Of a stretch of 64,000 nucleotides of DNA, positions 50,795-60,782 are shown one piece after another. The first letter of the stretch is position 1, and every line of letters begins with the position of its first letter. Source of the stretch: Fimbriimonadales bacterium (lineage in GTDB: Bacteria > Armatimonadota > Fimbriimonadia > Fimbriimonadales > ATM1). The translations under genes were made by a program, and so were the position numbers. Where the stretch lies: positions 1-64,000 of the forward strand of contig JBGTLG010000022.1 in the NCBI GenBank assembly GCA_041744215.1. The letters run 5' to 3'. The notes below the pieces were generated by a model. That model did not search any database, was not told where the DNA came from, and worked only from the letters and a program-made list of their open reading frames with translations.

Positions 50795-52303
50795 CTAGGC
50801 GATCCTGAGTTTGATGTATCCCCACTCGTCCTCCGTGATCCCCCATCGTTCAATGAGAAGTTCATCGCTAAAGGTCTCGTCGTAACAGGTTAAGTCTGGA
50901 ATGAACTCAAAGCATCCTCTCGTCACATTCTGGGACACAACCCGCTGAAGTAGCAAGAATCGTACAGTCTTTGTAAGCAAGTATGACAAAAAGTTCTCGG
51001 CCTCTCGCCTCGTTTCGAACGCGCCCGCTACTAAGTATGTTTCATTGCACGCTTCCCCCGGTTCAGCCAAAATGACATTTCCGGCGTAGTAGAACGCAAC
51101 TGGTTTGGAAAAGTCGGTCTGCCCTGCTATCGGAGCAAAGGGAATGAGCACTTTGTGCTTGCTCAACAATCCCTCCTCGCATTCGGAAATGCTGCTAGGT
51201 TCACAGAACCGACGGCCCGCCCGCTGAGCAAACCAGCACGGCGTTCCGCTGTCCAGCGGCATGTAGGTTGAAGGGATGCCAAAAGGTTGCCTGACAGATA
51301 CTCTGCTGCTCAACCTCTTGCCTCCATTCTCATTCATGGCTAGAACCTTACGAACAATTGGCAGAGCCTCGCCGCTCCTGATCAGCGTATCGAATTCATT
51401 CAGACGACGCTCAACGGTAACTAGGGATTCGCCGCTGACAGTTGTGAACGCGCATGTTCCTCGTTCGTCTCGGCACCAAAGAAAGTAGCAGATACCGCCC
51501 GCTATGTCCACCCCTGGGAAGACCTTGTCGGCTGCTTCAAAGTCGTGGATAGCACGCAGCCGATCATCCTGTAGCATTTCCTTACGAAAGTCATCCAGGC
51601 CCTTCCCGCCCGCAAACCACCGAGATGGGATGACCATAGTCAAGTATCTCGGTAACAGTTTTTTCGCCTGCGAAACGAACCGATGATATATTGGTATAGC
51701 GCTTCTACCTGTACCTCCTCCGTCATTCAGTTGATACGGCGGGTTGCTCACGATCACGTCGAATTGCATCTCAAAGATCTCCTTTGGGTCAGTGGTGTGT
51801 ATGAATCGGTAGGCATGGGTCTCCAATTCTTCGCTTCGGTCGTACGCGCCCTCGCCCGCGCCGCAGAATGTACATCTGCCATTCTGCCACGTATGCTCCA
51901 TGCGGTCGAAGCGGATGTTGCCTTGCTCGTCCTGGAAGGCGGTGCAGACCGAGTATCCGCCGTTCGCGGTCTTGGAACAGTACACCGAACGGCGAGCGAG
52001 CAGAGCGGTCAGGTCGGTGATCGCGAGTCCGAAAACCTGCTTCGTCAGGATGTGGTCGATCCGCTTCTGGTGGTCGGGTATCGCTTCTTCAAGCCCTTCC
52101 ACCAAACGTCGCGTGATCTCGCGGAGGAAAACGCCCGACTTACAAGCCGGATCCAGGAAGGTTGCTTTCGGGTCGCGCCAAATCTCCACCGGGAGCAGGT
52201 CCAGCACTCGGTTTGCCACCTCCGGCGGCGTGAATACCTCGTCGCTGCTCAGGTTGGCCAGGCACGTAAGAACGTCGGGGTTGTAATTTTCAGTCGTAGC
52301 CAT
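50795..52303 (-). CDS. Eco57I-like N6-adenine DNA methyltransferase with target-recognition domain
   Basis: DEVFTPP, FLDPACKSG, SNPPY, PSRWF. Confidence 0.9.
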   Translation of the reverse strand: MATTENYNPDVLTCLANLSSDEVFTPPEVANRVLDLLPVEIWRDPKATFLDPACKSGVFLREITRRLVEGLEEAIPDHQKRIDHILTKQVFGLAITDLTALLARRSVYCSKTANGGYSVCTAFQDEQGNIRFDRMEHTWQNGRCTFCGAGEGAYDRSEELETHAYRFIHTTDPKEIFEMQFDVIVSNPPYQLNDGGGTGRSAIPIYHRFVSQAKKLLPRYLTMVIPSRWFAGGKGLDDFRKEMLQDDRLRAIHDFEAADKVFPGVDIAGGICYFLWCRDERGTCAFTTVSGESLVTVERRLNEFDTLIRSGEALPIVRKVLAMNENGGKRLSSRVSVRQPFGIPSTYMPLDSGTPCWFAQRAGRRFCEPSSISECEEGLLSKHKVLIPFAPIAGQTDFSKPVAFYYAGNVILAEPGEACNETYLVAGAFETRREAENFLSYLLTKTVRFLLLQRVVSQNVTRGCFEFIPDLTCYDETFSDELLIERWGITEDEWGYIKLRIA

Positions 52304-53153
52304 AGGCGATCTCAAGATAATGCACCAGGGGGTAATCGCGAACGGGCTTCGGAATGAAGACCCTCTGCCCGGTATCGGAGATCAGCGGGGGTTCCGGCTG
52401 CGCGAAAAGCGACGCCTGATCCTCGCCGAACAACGACTTCTGGAGGTTGTCCAACATGAAGCGGGCCCCTTGGGGCTGGTCCGAGAGCAGCTCGTGAAAG
52501 GCGTACTCGCGTCGCTTGATCAGACTGCCGTTCATTGGAGACCACTCCGAGAAGACGATCGGCCCGGGGTCCGACCCAACCGTCTTAAGCGTCAGCGCGT
52601 CTCCCCAAACGATATTCCGCTCCAGGATGTACCGAACGCTCGCCCGAAAGGTCTTCTGAATTTTTCGATCGAATAACCTCAAATATTCGGCGTCCAGGCC
52701 ATCGAATAGCACTTGGCGGCACGTCCGAGCGTTGCGATCCTGAATGTCAATGCCGTAGAGCGACGCCATCGCGACGATGGCGTTCCGTTCCCATTCGAGT
52801 TGGCTCTTGCGATAGCGGGTGGCGACGGTCGTGAGTTTGCGCCGCAGGACTTCGACTAGGAAGTTGCCGGTGCCGCACGCGGGTTCGAGGAAGCGCGATT
52901 CAATCCGCTCGGTTTCTTGCTTCACCAAGTCGAGCATAGCGTTCACCTCGCGTGGTGCCGTCAGCACCTCGCCATACTCAGCAACCCTTTGCTTGCACCC
53001 GATCTGCACAACTGCAACTTCACCTGGTGGTTGTTCCAATTCGGTCGGCAAGCCGATTGGCTTAACACGCTTCTTGCTCAATTGGCCCGCGCGGACGATC
53101 GTGCCCTCCAGTTCAGCTGCCTTCGTCTGCTTCTCCTTACCCTTTCGAGCCAT
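52290..53153 (-). CDS. Methyltransferase-like subunit (SAM-binding half only)
   Basis: GEVLTA, FLEPACGTGNF, YGIDI, NIVWGDAL; no NPPY. Confidence 0.8.
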   Translation of the reverse strand: MARKGKEKQTKAAELEGTIVRAGQLSKKRVKPIGLPTELEQPPGEVAVVQIGCKQRVAEYGEVLTAPREVNAMLDLVKQETERIESRFLEPACGTGNFLVEVLRRKLTTVATRYRKSQLEWERNAIVAMASLYGIDIQDRNARTCRQVLFDGLDAEYLRLFDRKIQKTFRASVRYILERNIVWGDALTLKTVGSDPGPIVFSEWSPMNGSLIKRREYAFHELLSDQPQGARFMLDNLQKSLFGEDQASLFAQPEPPLISDTGQRVFIPKPVRDYPLVHYLEIAYGYD

Positions 53154-53339
53154 ATCCACCGATTCTATTCGACGCAAACGCGTCGATTCCTCCCGCCCAC
53201 CACAAGGTTGACATTCCGCCCTCCCAAAGACTTAACCGACGGAGCCCTTGCGCCAAAGCGAACGGGCAGGGAAACACCAACCCGCGACGCGCCGCAAGCC
53301 CCATGAACTCAAGACGCCGCGTTAACAATTAAAAACAGT

Positions 53340-53384
53340 GATGAGTTTGATGAGTCCAGTGACTCCGATGACTCCGATGAGCCG
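53340..53384. repeat. Five degenerate 9-bp tandem repeats, consensus GATGA(G/C)TCC
   Basis: gatgagttt gatgagtcc agtgactcc gatgactcc gatgagccg. Confidence 0.7.
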
Positions 53385-53438
53385 ACAACAGTAGCCAATC
53401 AAAACCCGTCAACCATCCCGGCCAAGACTCACGAAGAC

Positions 53439-53476
53439 AAAAAGAAAGCGGCGATCCGAAAACCTCGGATCGCCGC
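53439..53476 (-). terminator. Intrinsic terminator of the ECF sigma gene
   Basis: Perfect 12-bp stem GCGGCGATCCGA/TCGGATCGCCGC with a U-tract on the minus strand. Confidence 0.85.
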
Positions 53477-53497
53477 CAGAATCTCAGCCGCGTCTGC

Positions 53498-54070
53498 CTA
53501 AGCCGCAGCCGCCGCGGGCTCGACCACGCCCGCCAATTCGCGCTTCAAGAGCGCCCGCGCACGAAACAGCCAGCTCTTGATCGTCCCTTCAGGAGCGCCG
53601 ACCCGCTCGGCGATCTCCTCGACGTCCATCATCTCGTAGTGGCGCATCACGATGATCCGCCGATACCGCTCAGGCAACTTGCGGATAGCCTTCCGGATCA
53701 CGCCCGCGAGCTCGCCGCGGAACGCCTCGTCCTCCGGCCGGTCCCCGCTCTCCAGCATGTGCTCATGCTGCTCAAGCGAATCGTGCCCTCGGTGCTTGCT
53801 CCGAACGATGTCCGTGCAAACGTTCGTGCAGATCCGATACAGCCACGGCCGGATCGGCCGCGTCGTGTCGAACTCCTTCATCGACCGATGCGCCTTGACA
53901 AAAGTCGTCTGCGTCGCATCCGCTGCGTCGTCGCCGTTGCCCAGCATCCGCAGGGCATGAGCGTAAACCACTCGGTAGTTCCGCTCGACGATCTCGTCGA
54001 ACGCGTCGCGGCAGCCGCGTGCCGCGGCCATCGTCAGGGTCCTCTCGTTTTTTAGTTTTTTTACAGTCAT
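53498..54070 (-). CDS. ECF sigma-70 factor
   Basis: DAADATQTTF, PWLYRI, GTIKSWLFRAR. Confidence 0.93.
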   Translation of the reverse strand: MTVKKLKNERTLTMAAARGCRDAFDEIVERNYRVVYAHALRMLGNGDDAADATQTTFVKAHRSMKEFDTTRPIRPWLYRICTNVCTDIVRSKHRGHDSLEQHEHMLESGDRPEDEAFRGELAGVIRKAIRKLPERYRRIIVMRHYEMMDVEEIAERVGAPEGTIKSWLFRARALLKRELAGVVEPAAAAA

Positions 54071-54253
54071 CTCTTTTTCCTCCCACCCTCCCTGGGTGAG
54101 GGGTTGAAGATATTATGCATAAGAATGTGAAGGTGTAGGTTAAGAATCCTGATGGTTTGGGGCCAAAGTCCTTACGAGATCATAAGGTCTTGACTAAGAA
54201 TCCTGGCAAACTTGTCCTCTGCGATATAATCCGGAGGCCAAAGGAGCCAAAAA

Positions 54254-55411
54254 ATGCCTCGATACGTTCAACTCGGAAAAGTCCCCGGCAAGCGCCACAC
54301 CGCCTTCCGTAAGCCCGACGGAGGTCTCTACTCGGAGCAACTCCTGGGCGTCCACGGTTTCTCCGGCCTCCAAAGCATCACCTACCACATCAACATGCCC
54401 ACCCGCGTCGCCGGCTGGGAGCCGAAGGGACGGGTCGCGCCCGAATTCCTCGCCCACGAACCCCTCCGCCACCGCCACCTGAAGACCCGCCTCATGAAGC
54501 CGTGCGGCGACCCAATCAGCGGCCGCATCGCTCTCATGGGCAACAGCGACGTCATCTGGCACCAGATTTTTCCCGCCGAGCAGATGGATTACTTCTTCAA
54601 GAACGCCGACGGCGACGAGCTTTACTTCATGCACGACGGCAGCGGCATCCTCGAGTCGATGTACGGCGATGTTCCTTACAAGCCTGGCGACTACATCGTT
54701 GTTCCGAGAGGAACGGTTTACAAGATCCGGATGGACGAAACGCCGCAGCGAATGATCGTTCTTCAATCGGCCGGCCACATCGAGATTCCGAAGCGGTACC
54801 GCAACAACTATGGGCAGCTGCTTGAGCACGCTCCGTATTGCGAGCGGGATATCCATCCTCCGAGCGAGTTGAAAACCCACGACGAGAAGGGCGATTTCCG
54901 CGTGCTCGTTCGGGCGCGGGGCGACTTGACGGAGTACCACTACGACTATCATCCATTCGATGTTGTCGGATGGGACGGCTATGTTTATCCGTGGACGTTC
55001 AACATAAGCGACTTCATGCCGATCACGGGAAAGGTGCATATGCCGCCACCCATCCACCAGACCTTCGAAGCAAACAACTACGTCGTTTGCTCATTCTGTC
55101 CGCGAATGCTCGACTATCACCCCGACGCAATCCCGGTGCCATACGTCCACTCGAATATCGACAGCGATGAGGTTTTGTATTACGTGAATGGCAATTTCGG
55201 CTCCCGAAAAGGAATCGAAGAAGGCTCGATCACGCTCCATCCCCTTGGTATTCCGCATGGCCCGCAACCCGGCATCGCCGAAGCATCGCTTGGCGCGACC
55301 AAGACGGAAGAACTGGCTGTCATGGTTGACACTTTCCATCCGCTCATGCTCACAAAGGAGGCCGTTTCGCTCGAAGACGACACCTATTGGAAGAGCTGGA
55401 AACCCGAGTAA
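54254..55411 (+). CDS. hmgA: Homogentisate 1,2-dioxygenase
   Basis: NADGDE, HMPPPIH, HSNIDSDE, HGPQPG. Confidence 0.9.
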   Translation: MPRYVQLGKVPGKRHTAFRKPDGGLYSEQLLGVHGFSGLQSITYHINMPTRVAGWEPKGRVAPEFLAHEPLRHRHLKTRLMKPCGDPISGRIALMGNSDVIWHQIFPAEQMDYFFKNADGDELYFMHDGSGILESMYGDVPYKPGDYIVVPRGTVYKIRMDETPQRMIVLQSAGHIEIPKRYRNNYGQLLEHAPYCERDIHPPSELKTHDEKGDFRVLVRARGDLTEYHYDYHPFDVVGWDGYVYPWTFNISDFMPITGKVHMPPPIHQTFEANNYVVCSFCPRMLDYHPDAIPVPYVHSNIDSDEVLYYVNGNFGSRKGIEEGSITLHPLGIPHGPQPGIAEASLGATKTEELAVMVDTFHPLMLTKEAVSLEDDTYWKSWKPE

Positions 55412-55462
55412 GTCGCACAAAACGGATATAATCGGCGGTCGGTTCCCCGTAAGGAAAAACTA

Positions 55463-55909
55463 ATGGCCGCACCCTATCGCCTGCTGATCGTCGATGACGA
55501 AGAAGACGTCCGGATTGCCGTCAAGCGCCGCCTCGAACGCCAAGGCTTCGAGGTGGATACCGCTGACAGCGCCGAGGCGGGGATTGAGTGCATCCAAACG
55601 GTAGAGGAGCCCTACGACGTCATCGTCACCGACATGAGCATGGAAGACCCGGAAGCAGGGGTCCAGATACTCCAAGCTGCCTTTGGTCGTGATGTGTTCG
55701 CGGAAGTCATCGTCATGACTGCGTATGGCAACGTCAAAAACGCTGTCGAATGTATGAAGCGCGGTGCGTTCGATTACATCGAAAAGAACATCCCGGGTGT
55801 CGACGTTTACGAACTGTTGACGATTAAGATCGAACAGGCTCTCGACCGCAGGCGCCAAAGCGTTAGCGCAGTTAAGTCTTGGGATCGAACGACGGGAGCG
55901 AGGACGTAG
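55463..55909 (+). CDS. Response regulator receiver protein
   Basis: [25 protein letters not shown]. Confidence 0.92.
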   Translation: MAAPYRLLIVDDEEDVRIAVKRRLERQGFEVDTADSAEAGIECIQTVEEPYDVIVTDMSMEDPEAGVQILQAAFGRDVFAEVIVMTAYGNVKNAVECMKRGAFDYIEKNIPGVDVYELLTIKIEQALDRRRQSVSAVKSWDRTTGART

Positions 55910-55973
55910 CTCGGTTGACTGCTGGCGATTGACGAGGCTCGACAATCGGCAGCCGTCAAACGCGAATCGAATC

Positions 55974-57806
55974 ATGGACCAATCTCTGATCCGCAATTTT
56001 TGCATCGTGGCGCATATCGATCACGGCAAATCGACGCTTGCGGATCGCATTCTCGAAATCACCGGCACTATTCGGGGAACAGCCAAAGAGCAGATGCTCG
56101 ACAGCATGGACCTCGAGCGCGAGCGCGGCATTACGATCAAGATGACGGCCGTTCGATTGCGTCACACCGCAAACGACGGCAAAGAGTATGAGTTCAATCT
56201 GATCGACACGCCAGGGCACGTCGACTTTACCTACGAAGTGTCGCGATCACTCGCAGCCTGCGAAGGTGCGCTCTTGGTTGTCGATGCGACTCAGGGGGTC
56301 GAGGCCCAGACGATAGCGAACGCCTCGATGGCGATGACTCAAGGGCTAGAAATCGTCCCGGTCATCAACAAGATCGATTTGCCGCATGCGGACGTCGCGA
56401 GAGCAAGAGAGGAGATTGAGTCCGCGCTCGCGATCGATGCTTCAGATGCAATTCTTGTGAGCGCAAAAACAGGCGAAGGCGTTCCAGAACTTTTGGAAGC
56501 GATTGTGAAGCGTATTCCCCCCCCTTCATTGCCGAAGCCGGGCATCTTTCGTGATGGAGAGTTTCCAGGCAGCGACAATCCCCTTCGTGCGCTGATTTTT
56601 GATTCGCATTTCGATCCGTATCGCGGAGTTGTCGCTTATGTTCGCGTCGTCGACGGGATGATCAAGAAGGGCCAGATGATCAAAATGATGTCAACGGGTT
56701 CGACATTCGATGTCGATACAATCGGTTACTTCGCACCAGAGCCGATGCCGGCTGAAGAACTAAGTACGGGTGAGGTCGGCTTCTTCACGGCTGGCATGAA
56801 AGAAATTGGCGACGCTGGGGTCGGCGATACGGTAACAAGCGCAGACACTCCAGCAACAGATTCGCTGACGGGCTATCGAAGGGCGAAGCCAATGGTCTTT
56901 TGCGGGCTCTATCCCATTAATGGTGAGCAGTATCAGGAACTCCGCGACGCAATTGAAAGATTGCAGCTCAATGACGCAGCGCTCACCTTCGAGCCAGAAA
57001 CTTCCGACGCTCTCGGTTTTGGGTTTAGGTGCGGTTTCCTTGGGCTGTTACACATGGACATTGCGCGTGAAAGACTCGAGCGCGAGTTCAAACTTGAGCT
57101 AATCCTGACGAGCCCGAGTGTCAACTATGTTGTATTCAAAACCGACGGGACAATGGAGCAAATCTCAAACCCGAGTCGGTTTCCGCCTCCGCAGCAGATC
57201 GCGCATATTGAAGAGCCGGCGGTGAAGGCGACGGTGATGGTTCCGCAGGAGTATGTCGGTACCGTCATGAATCTCTGCAAGATTCGGCGCGGCGTTTTTA
57301 GCAAAATGGAGTACCCATCGCCTACGCGTGTGATCCTCTACTACACGTTGCCGCTTTCAGAAATCTTGCTCGACTTCTTTGACAAGCTCAAATCACAAAC
57401 GCGCGGGTACGCCAGTTTTGACTACGACTTTTCTGATTACATAAGGGCTGATCTTGTGAAGGTCGATGTTATGCTCAATGGCGATAAGGTTGACGCGCTT
57501 TCATTCATTGTTCATAAGGATGAGTCTTACGTTCGGGGTCGTGCGGTGACGGAGCAGTTGAAGAAGGTCGTGCCCCGGCAGCAGTATGAGGTGCGAATTC
57601 AAGCTGCAATCGGCGCGAAGGTGATCGCCGCTGAATCGATCAAGCCCTTCAGGAAAGACGTCACGGCCAAATGCTATGGAGGTGACATCACTCGTAAGCG
57701 GAAACTGCTCGAGAAACAAAAAGAGGGCAAGAAGCGGATGAAGAACATCGGGGCGATCGAGGTTCCGCAGGAAGCATTTTTGTCTGTGCTGAAGGTCACT
57801 GAGTAG
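55974..57806 (+). CDS. lepA: Elongation factor 4
   Basis: [31 protein letters not shown]. Confidence 0.98.
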   Translation: MDQSLIRNFCIVAHIDHGKSTLADRILEITGTIRGTAKEQMLDSMDLERERGITIKMTAVRLRHTANDGKEYEFNLIDTPGHVDFTYEVSRSLAACEGALLVVDATQGVEAQTIANASMAMTQGLEIVPVINKIDLPHADVARAREEIESALAIDASDAILVSAKTGEGVPELLEAIVKRIPPPSLPKPGIFRDGEFPGSDNPLRALIFDSHFDPYRGVVAYVRVVDGMIKKGQMIKMMSTGSTFDVDTIGYFAPEPMPAEELSTGEVGFFTAGMKEIGDAGVGDTVTSADTPATDSLTGYRRAKPMVFCGLYPINGEQYQELRDAIERLQLNDAALTFEPETSDALGFGFRCGFLGLLHMDIARERLEREFKLELILTSPSVNYVVFKTDGTMEQISNPSRFPPPQQIAHIEEPAVKATVMVPQEYVGTVMNLCKIRRGVFSKMEYPSPTRVILYYTLPLSEILLDFFDKLKSQTRGYASFDYDFSDYIRADLVKVDVMLNGDKVDALSFIVHKDESYVRGRAVTEQLKKVVPRQQYEVRIQAAIGAKVIAAESIKPFRKDVTAKCYGGDITRKRKLLEKQKEGKKRMKNIGAIEVPQEAFLSVLKVTE

Positions 57807-57959
57807 CGACCTCCAGATCAGGGATTACTCTCAGACGCAGCCGGAATTGGGCGAATTGGAAACCAATTGCCCTTTGCCGGGTGTATAGTCGGGAGGTCTT
57901 CAGTCCCACACTCCAGGCATATCTGTCCTGGAAACGGGTATTCCATTTCACACAGGGCT

Positions 57960-59243
57960 ATGTCTCAGTTCATCCGCATCGTCACGGTCGCCAGCGTTGT
58001 CGCGCTGGCCCTCTCGGGGTTCGCCGACACGCTTTCACTTCGCGAGGCCATCGAGCTCGCTAAGCGGAACAATGGGCTCGTCGCGGCTGCCTTCAAGGAT
58101 TACGAATCGGCTCGCTCGGCGGTCCGAGAGGCGCGGTCGGCGTTCTTTCCGACGGTCACACCGGCCTACTCCTGGTTTGACGGAGACGATGGGACTGGCT
58201 TTGCTCGGCGCACGAGCGGATTCTCACTCAACGACCTATCGATTGACACTCGATGGCTTTTGCTAGACGCGGGCCAGAGGCAATACAATCTCGCGCGGGC
58301 GCGTAATCTGGCGGACGCCTCCGAGCAGTCAACTCTTTGGACCCTTCGGCAAACACTGTTTTCCGTAACTCAGCAGTATTACGACGTCCTTCGCGCGACT
58401 GAATTGATGCGCGTTGCCGCTTCGGAAATCGAGAGGACAAAGCAGATTCTCGACAGCATTAAGAAACGAGTTGAGGTCGGCGACCTTGCAGCCAAAGAGA
58501 TTCTGCAGGCCGAGGCCGACTACGCGAACGCGATTGTGAACCAAATAGTCCGGAAAAACCAGGTCAGCACGAGCACCGCAGCTTTGAAAGCGGTGATCGG
58601 TTGGCCCTCAGACGAGCCGATGCTGGAGCTCGTGCCACCCGAGTCCTTCGAACCGACCCTATCTGACCTCACCCTGACAGACGCCGTGGCGCGAGGGCTT
58701 GAGTCGCGACCTGACCTCGAGGACTCACGCAAGCGCCAGCAGGCGAGCAGATACAGCCTTCTCACCGCCGAGCAGAACGCGTCGATCGATTGGACGCTGT
58801 CGCTCAGTTACGCGAAGAACTTCGAACCCGGAGACACGTACGGGCGCGCGCTGACTTTCCTCATATCGTTCCCCCTGTTTGATGGTGGGTTCTCGAGGGA
58901 GCGTGTTCGACAGACAAAACTCGGCTATGAGGCCGGAAACCTCCGATTGGATCAGCAGGCACGGAATGTCCGCAGCGAGATTGAGTCGGTTTACTTGAGC
59001 TGGCAACAGAACCATGAGCGACTGACTGCGAGCCAAGCGGCCCTTCGTGCCGCAGAGCTGAACTTCAAAGCCGCCACCGAGAGCCAGGCCGCGGGAGCTG
59101 GCACGATTTTGGAAGTCACCAATGCTCGTTCAGCGCTGGTTACCGCTGAAACGAACTATGTTCAGGCCGTGTACGACTATCTAATCAGCGAAGTGCAGCT
59201 CAAGCTGGTTATGGGTGCGCCTGTGCCCGGGGAGGCTCCATGA
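57960..59243 (+). CDS. TolC-family outer-membrane protein
   Basis: Signal peptide, duplicated OEP helical pattern, FPLFDGG. Confidence 0.88.
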   Translation: MSQFIRIVTVASVVALALSGFADTLSLREAIELAKRNNGLVAAAFKDYESARSAVREARSAFFPTVTPAYSWFDGDDGTGFARRTSGFSLNDLSIDTRWLLLDAGQRQYNLARARNLADASEQSTLWTLRQTLFSVTQQYYDVLRATELMRVAASEIERTKQILDSIKKRVEVGDLAAKEILQAEADYANAIVNQIVRKNQVSTSTAALKAVIGWPSDEPMLELVPPESFEPTLSDLTLTDAVARGLESRPDLEDSRKRQQASRYSLLTAEQNASIDWTLSLSYAKNFEPGDTYGRALTFLISFPLFDGGFSRERVRQTKLGYEAGNLRLDQQARNVRSEIESVYLSWQQNHERLTASQAALRAAELNFKAATESQAAGAGTILEVTNARSALVTAETNYVQAVYDYLISEVQLKLVMGAPVPGEAP

Positions 59244-59980
59244 GCGACGTCCCTCTGATCGAGACCCGCGGCTTGTGCAAGGACTACGTTATGGGGTCGG
59301 TCGTTGTGCATGCATTGCGGGGCGTCGACACAAAAATCTATCCTGGGGAGTTTGTCGCAATCATGGGGCCCTCCGGCTCCGGAAAATCGACTTACATGAA
59401 CTCGCTCGGGTGCTTGGACAGACCCACAAGCGGTGAATATCTGCTGAACGGAGTTCAGGTCAATACGCTGAGCGAGAACGAGTTGGCTGAGATTCGCAAT
59501 AAGCAGATCGGTTTCGTCTTCCAAACATTCAACCTTCTTCCCCGGACGAGCGCACTGAAAAACGTGGAACTGCCGCTGGTTTATGCGGGCGCAAAGGACC
59601 GAACAACCACCGCGAAGGCGGCGCTCGACAGGGTAGGGCTATCGCAGCGGATGGACCACAAGCCCAACGAGCTGTCCGGCGGGCAGCAGCAGAGGGTCGC
59701 GATCGCGAGAGCCATCGTGAATGATCCCTTGCTGATTCTCGCAGACGAGCCGACCGGCAACCTGGACAGCCGAACCGGCGAGGAAATCTTGGCGCTGTTC
59801 CAAGAGCTCAACCGCGAAGGTCGAACAGTCATCATGGTGACTCATGAAGAGGACGTGGCCGAGCATTGCAAGCGGATTGTTCGTTTTAGGGACGGAAAGC
59901 TCTATAAGGACGAGGCAGTCGCGAACCCTATCGACGCGAGGGATATGCTCGCCAAGATGATTCCTGTCGAAGCCGACTGA
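59240..59980 (+). CDS. ABC transporter ATP-binding protein (MacB/LolD type)
   Basis: [26 protein letters not shown]. Confidence 0.95.
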   Translation: MSDVPLIETRGLCKDYVMGSVVVHALRGVDTKIYPGEFVAIMGPSGSGKSTYMNSLGCLDRPTSGEYLLNGVQVNTLSENELAEIRNKQIGFVFQTFNLLPRTSALKNVELPLVYAGAKDRTTTAKAALDRVGLSQRMDHKPNELSGGQQQRVAIARAIVNDPLLILADEPTGNLDSRTGEEILALFQELNREGRTVIMVTHEEDVAEHCKRIVRFRDGKLYKDEAVANPIDARDMLAKMIPVEAD

Positions 59981-59987
59981 AGTCCGG

Positions 59988-60015
59988 TCAAAACCGAGCC
60001 TCAACCAGCCGATAA
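59988..60015 (+). promoter_or_regulatory. Sigma-28 (FliA) promoter
   Basis: TCAAA-N15-GCCGATAA upstream of fliS. Confidence 0.75.
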
Positions 60016-60049
60016 TCCTAACGGAAGCTATCGTCGAGGTGGAGTTCAA

Positions 60050-60445
60050 ATAGGCGCGAGAGGGATAGACGAGTACCGAAAGCAGTCAGTCTCGTCGGCG
60101 AGCCCGGTCCAATTGGTGATCATGCTCTACGACGCGGCTATCCGCCACTGCGAATTGGGGCAGGCGGCGATTCTCGCGGGCCGAATCGAGTCCCAGAACG
60201 ACCACCTGACGAAGGCGCAACGGATCATCTCGGAGCTGATGTGCAGCTTGGACATGGAGAACGGGGGCGAGATCGCTCAAAACCTGCTCGGGCTCTACAC
60301 CTACTGCAACAACGAGCTCGTCAACGCCAACGTCGACGATCGGGCCGAAAGCGTCGACAATGCGATCCGTGTGCTCAATGAGCTTCGCGACGCTTGGAGA
60401 ACGATCTGCGTACAGATCGAGCCGGAGGAAAGAATTGCAGCCTGA
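60050..60445 (+). CDS. fliS: Flagellar export chaperone FliS; probable ATA start
   Basis: EYRKQSVSSASPVQLVIMLYD, KAQRIISEL, IAQNLLGLYTY, ELRDAW. Confidence 0.9.
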   Translation: MGARGIDEYRKQSVSSASPVQLVIMLYDAAIRHCELGQAAILAGRIESQNDHLTKAQRIISELMCSLDMENGGEIAQNLLGLYTYCNNELVNANVDDRAESVDNAIRVLNELRDAWRTICVQIEPEERIAA

Positions 60446-60773
60446 TACCAGACCAGTCGCCATAGCCGAGTCTCTGCTTGCAACAACGCTTAGCGCGGAA
60501 GCCTCCATTGCCTCCGGCGACTGGGAGACTGCTGGGCACCTCCTACGTCGGCGCGAGCAGTTGCTGACGCAGTTGGAGCGGGAGAGGGATTTAAGTGACG
60601 CGCAAGCCGTGCTGTTAGAAGTTCAACAAGCTGAGAAATCTCTGCTATCGCTTATGGAGCGATCAACGCGCGACATCTCTGAAGAATTGGGCAAGATCGC
60701 CAGTTTTCGGACGCGAAAGAATCCGTTTTCCCGAACCGCGGAAACGGGAACCGTTCTCGAACGTTACGGGTAG
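60435..60773 (+). CDS. Hypothetical helical protein, FliT-like; start uncertain
   Basis: Follows fliS; GDWE...LLRRREQLL pattern. Confidence 0.55.
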   Translation: MQPDTRPVAIAESLLATTLSAEASIASGDWETAGHLLRRREQLLTQLERERDLSDAQAVLLEVQQAEKSLLSLMERSTRDISEELGKIASFRTRKNPFSRTAETGTVLERYG

Positions 60774-60782
60774 CCTCCGGGT

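Noticed and set aside
53340-53384. CRISPR array
   Set aside because: Units are 9 bp with no spacers and there are no cas genes; I saw no CRISPR array anywhere in the window.
54105-54135. dif site
   Set aside because: Contains TATTATG but does not match the 28-bp XerC/XerD arm layout convincingly.
54194-55057. 287-aa minus-strand ORF
   Set aside because: Antisense shadow of hmgA.
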